Assembly (NCBI GenBank): GCA_965203135.1
Contig: CBDBBO010000002.1
Span: forward strand, 641,529-705,528
DNA: 64,000 nucleotides
Source of the DNA: Dehalococcoidia bacterium
GTDB taxonomy: Bacteria; Chloroflexota; Dehalococcoidia; Lucifugimonadales; CATOSD01
Direction: 5' to 3'
Shown: positions 62,363-64,000 of the stretch, piece after piece
Numbering within the stretch: the first letter of the stretch is position 1
Layout: each line of letters starts with the position of its first letter
The notes under the pieces: model-generated
Told to the model about the DNA's origin: nothing
Database searches by the model: none
What the model saw: the letters and a program-made list of their open reading frames with translations, nothing else
Program-made: the position numbers and the translations under genes

Positions 62363-64000
62363 TCAGGGCGCGATGACCGCCAGAACGTCATCCTTCGAAA
62401 CCGTCACTCCCGCGTCGAACGAAAGCGACTTGACCGAGCCGCTGATCGGAGACGTGAGCGTGTTTTCCATCTTCATCGCCTCGAGCACCAGCACGGGGTC
62501 GCCTGCGTCCACGTGCTGGCCTTCCTCCACCACGTAGCGCAGCACGATGCCCGGCATCGGCGCCGTGATGGTCGCCTCCCCCTCCGCGGCCTGCGGCGCC
62601 GATGGAGCCGCGGGCGCAGCCGGGGCCTGTGGCGGTGCGGGCGGACGCTGCGGCTGTACCACCGCTGTGGTCGTCGGCTGCAAAGGGTCCACCTCGACCT
62701 TGTAATGGGCGCCCTCTACGAACACGTTGAATGCCCGCGTTCGAGCGCTCTTCTCCGGCATCTCGTCCGGCTGCGCAGGGGCAGTGTCAGCCGGTGTGCC
62801 GGGTGCCGGTCTCTCCGGCTTGGGATCGAGGCCGTGCTTTCTGCGCAGGAATCTCATGCCCGTGGACGGGAACAACGCGTAGGTGAGCACGTCCTCCACG
62901 TTGTTCGAGAACTCGCGTATCTTTTCGGCGGCCTTCACCATCTCGGGCTCAATCAAGTCGGACGGCTTGCCCGTAACGGGCCGGCTCTCCCGTGAGTCGC
63001 CCCTGAGCGCGATGCTCCGGACCTCCGGGTCGAGCTGGGCCGGAGGGCGTCCGTACATGCCGGAGGCGTACTCGCGCACCTGGTCCGAGACCATGGCGTA
63101 CCTGCCGAACAACACGTTGCTCACCGACTGTGAGCCGATCATCTGGCTCATCGGCGTCACCAGCGGCGGGTTGCCCAGGTCCCTTCTGGTTCGCGGCACC
63201 TCGGCCAGTACCTCGTCTAGCCTGTCGAGGGCGTTGGCCTCGCGCAGTTGTGAGATCAGGTTGCTCGCCATACCGCCGGGAATCTGGTGGTCCAGCACGC
63301 GAACGTCTATGACGGCCGACCTGGGGTCCTGCATGAGGTGGCGGTACTTTGGCAGGACGGACTCGAGGTAGTCGCCAATCTCCAGGATGGCGGCGAGGTC
63401 GAGGCCGCTGTCGCGCGCCGTGCCGCGCAGCGCCACCTCCAGCGGCTCTATGGCGGGCTGTGCGGTTCGCAGCGCCAGGGGCGCGAGGCACGTGTCGACG
63501 ACGTCCACTCCCGCCTCGATTGCTTTCAGCGCGGTCATGGACGCCATGCCGCTCGTGTAGTGCGTGTGCAACTGAAGCGGCACGTTCAGCACGGGCTTGA
63601 GCGCCGTCACCAGGTCGTATGCGTCGTACGGCGCGAGCACCCCGCCCATGTCCTTGATACAAATGCTGTCGGCGCCCATCTCCTGGAAACGCCTGGCCTT
63701 GTCGACGAAGTAGTCGAGCGAGTAGATGGGACCGCCGAGCCTGCCGCCCTCTGTGATGGAGTAGCAGATGGCCATCTGGAGATGCTTGCCGCTGGCCTTC
63801 ACCGCCTGCGCCGCGCGTTCCAGGTTCCACTCGTCGTTGAGCGCGTCGAACACGCGGAAGATGTCGATGCCCACCTGGGCAGCTCGCTCGACGAAGGCGT
63901 CCACCACGTCGTCGGCGTAGGCGCGATATCCAACCAGGCTCTGGCCCCGCAAAAGCATCATCAGGGGCGTGTTGGGAATGAGACTCTTGAATGTGCGCAG
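62363..64000 (-). CDS. Biotin-dependent carboxyltransferase plus biotinyl domain (pyruvate carboxylase subunit B / oxaloacetate decarboxylase alpha); 5' end beyond the window
   Basis: [22 protein letters not shown], and a C-terminal EAMKME biotinylation motif. The frame stays open to position 64000 ([13 protein letters not shown] upstream of the track start). Confidence 0.8.
   Translation of the reverse strand: MRTFKSLIPNTPLMMLLRGQSLVGYRAYADDVVDAFVERAAQVGIDIFRVFDALNDEWNLERAAQAVKASGKHLQMAICYSITEGGRLGGPIYSLDYFVDKARRFQEMGADSICIKDMGGVLAPYDAYDLVTALKPVLNVPLQLHTHYTSGMASMTALKAIEAGVDVVDTCLAPLALRTAQPAIEPLEVALRGTARDSGLDLAAILEIGDYLESVLPKYRHLMQDPRSAVIDVRVLDHQIPGGMASNLISQLREANALDRLDEVLAEVPRTRRDLGNPPLVTPMSQMIGSQSVSNVLFGRYAMVSDQVREYASGMYGRPPAQLDPEVRSIALRGDSRESRPVTGKPSDLIEPEMVKAAEKIREFSNNVEDVLTYALFPSTGMRFLRRKHGLDPKPERPAPGTPADTAPAQPDEMPEKSARTRAFNVFVEGAHYKVEVDPLQPTTTAVVQPQRPPAPPQAPAAPAAPSAPQAAEGEATITAPMPGIVLRYVVEEGQHVDAGDPVLVLEAMKMENTLTSPISGSVKSLSFDAGVTVSKDDVLAVIAP

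Overview
Visibly high-GC bacterial chromosomal fragment. All calls come from reading the sequence and the ORF track; no database search was run. I call about 50 protein genes. Housekeeping genes: aroC, glcDEF, recG-degV-yloV divergent from rpmB, mdh, icd, and a biotin carboxyltransferase that runs off the right edge. Three paralogous ~1050-aa leaderless BNR/sortilin-like propeller proteins: one lies between the binding-protein and permease genes of an ABC importer, and one lies upstream of two class III CoA-transferases. An organic-acid cluster at 39.2-47.0 kb holds an LLM oxidoreductase, three ICL/PEP-mutase-family paralogs, a LeuCD-type dehydratase and a PrpD-family protein. A Fur-family regulator with a perfect 7-1-7 box sits ahead of DUF1800/DUF1501/NHL genes. 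There is one VapBC pair. The rpmB/yloV/degV/recG synteny and the paralog families suggest a Chloroflexota-like (SAR202-like) heterotroph, but that is only a guess. The window is rich in mobile and repeated DNA: ISAs1, an IS5-group element, three IS5-family IS1031-like elements, an IS4 element, a second IS4/IS701-like element and an rve-type remnant. It also carries a 198-bp MITE in two inverted copies 23.7 kb apart, two families of REP-like hairpins that act as insertion targets, and a ~230-bp promoter-bearing intergenic module in four copies. The observations I rate highest are the shared upstream architecture of two BNR paralogs (module promoter, 5' hairpin, CCCAGCTACG box, 10-nt-phased CAGAAT repeats, proximal promoter), the hairpin-loop-targeting MITE, the homopolymer-dependent +1 OrfA/OrfB arrangement conserved in two diverged IS lineages, and the alkyl-malate-type catabolic cluster. 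No rRNA, tRNA or CRISPR array was found.
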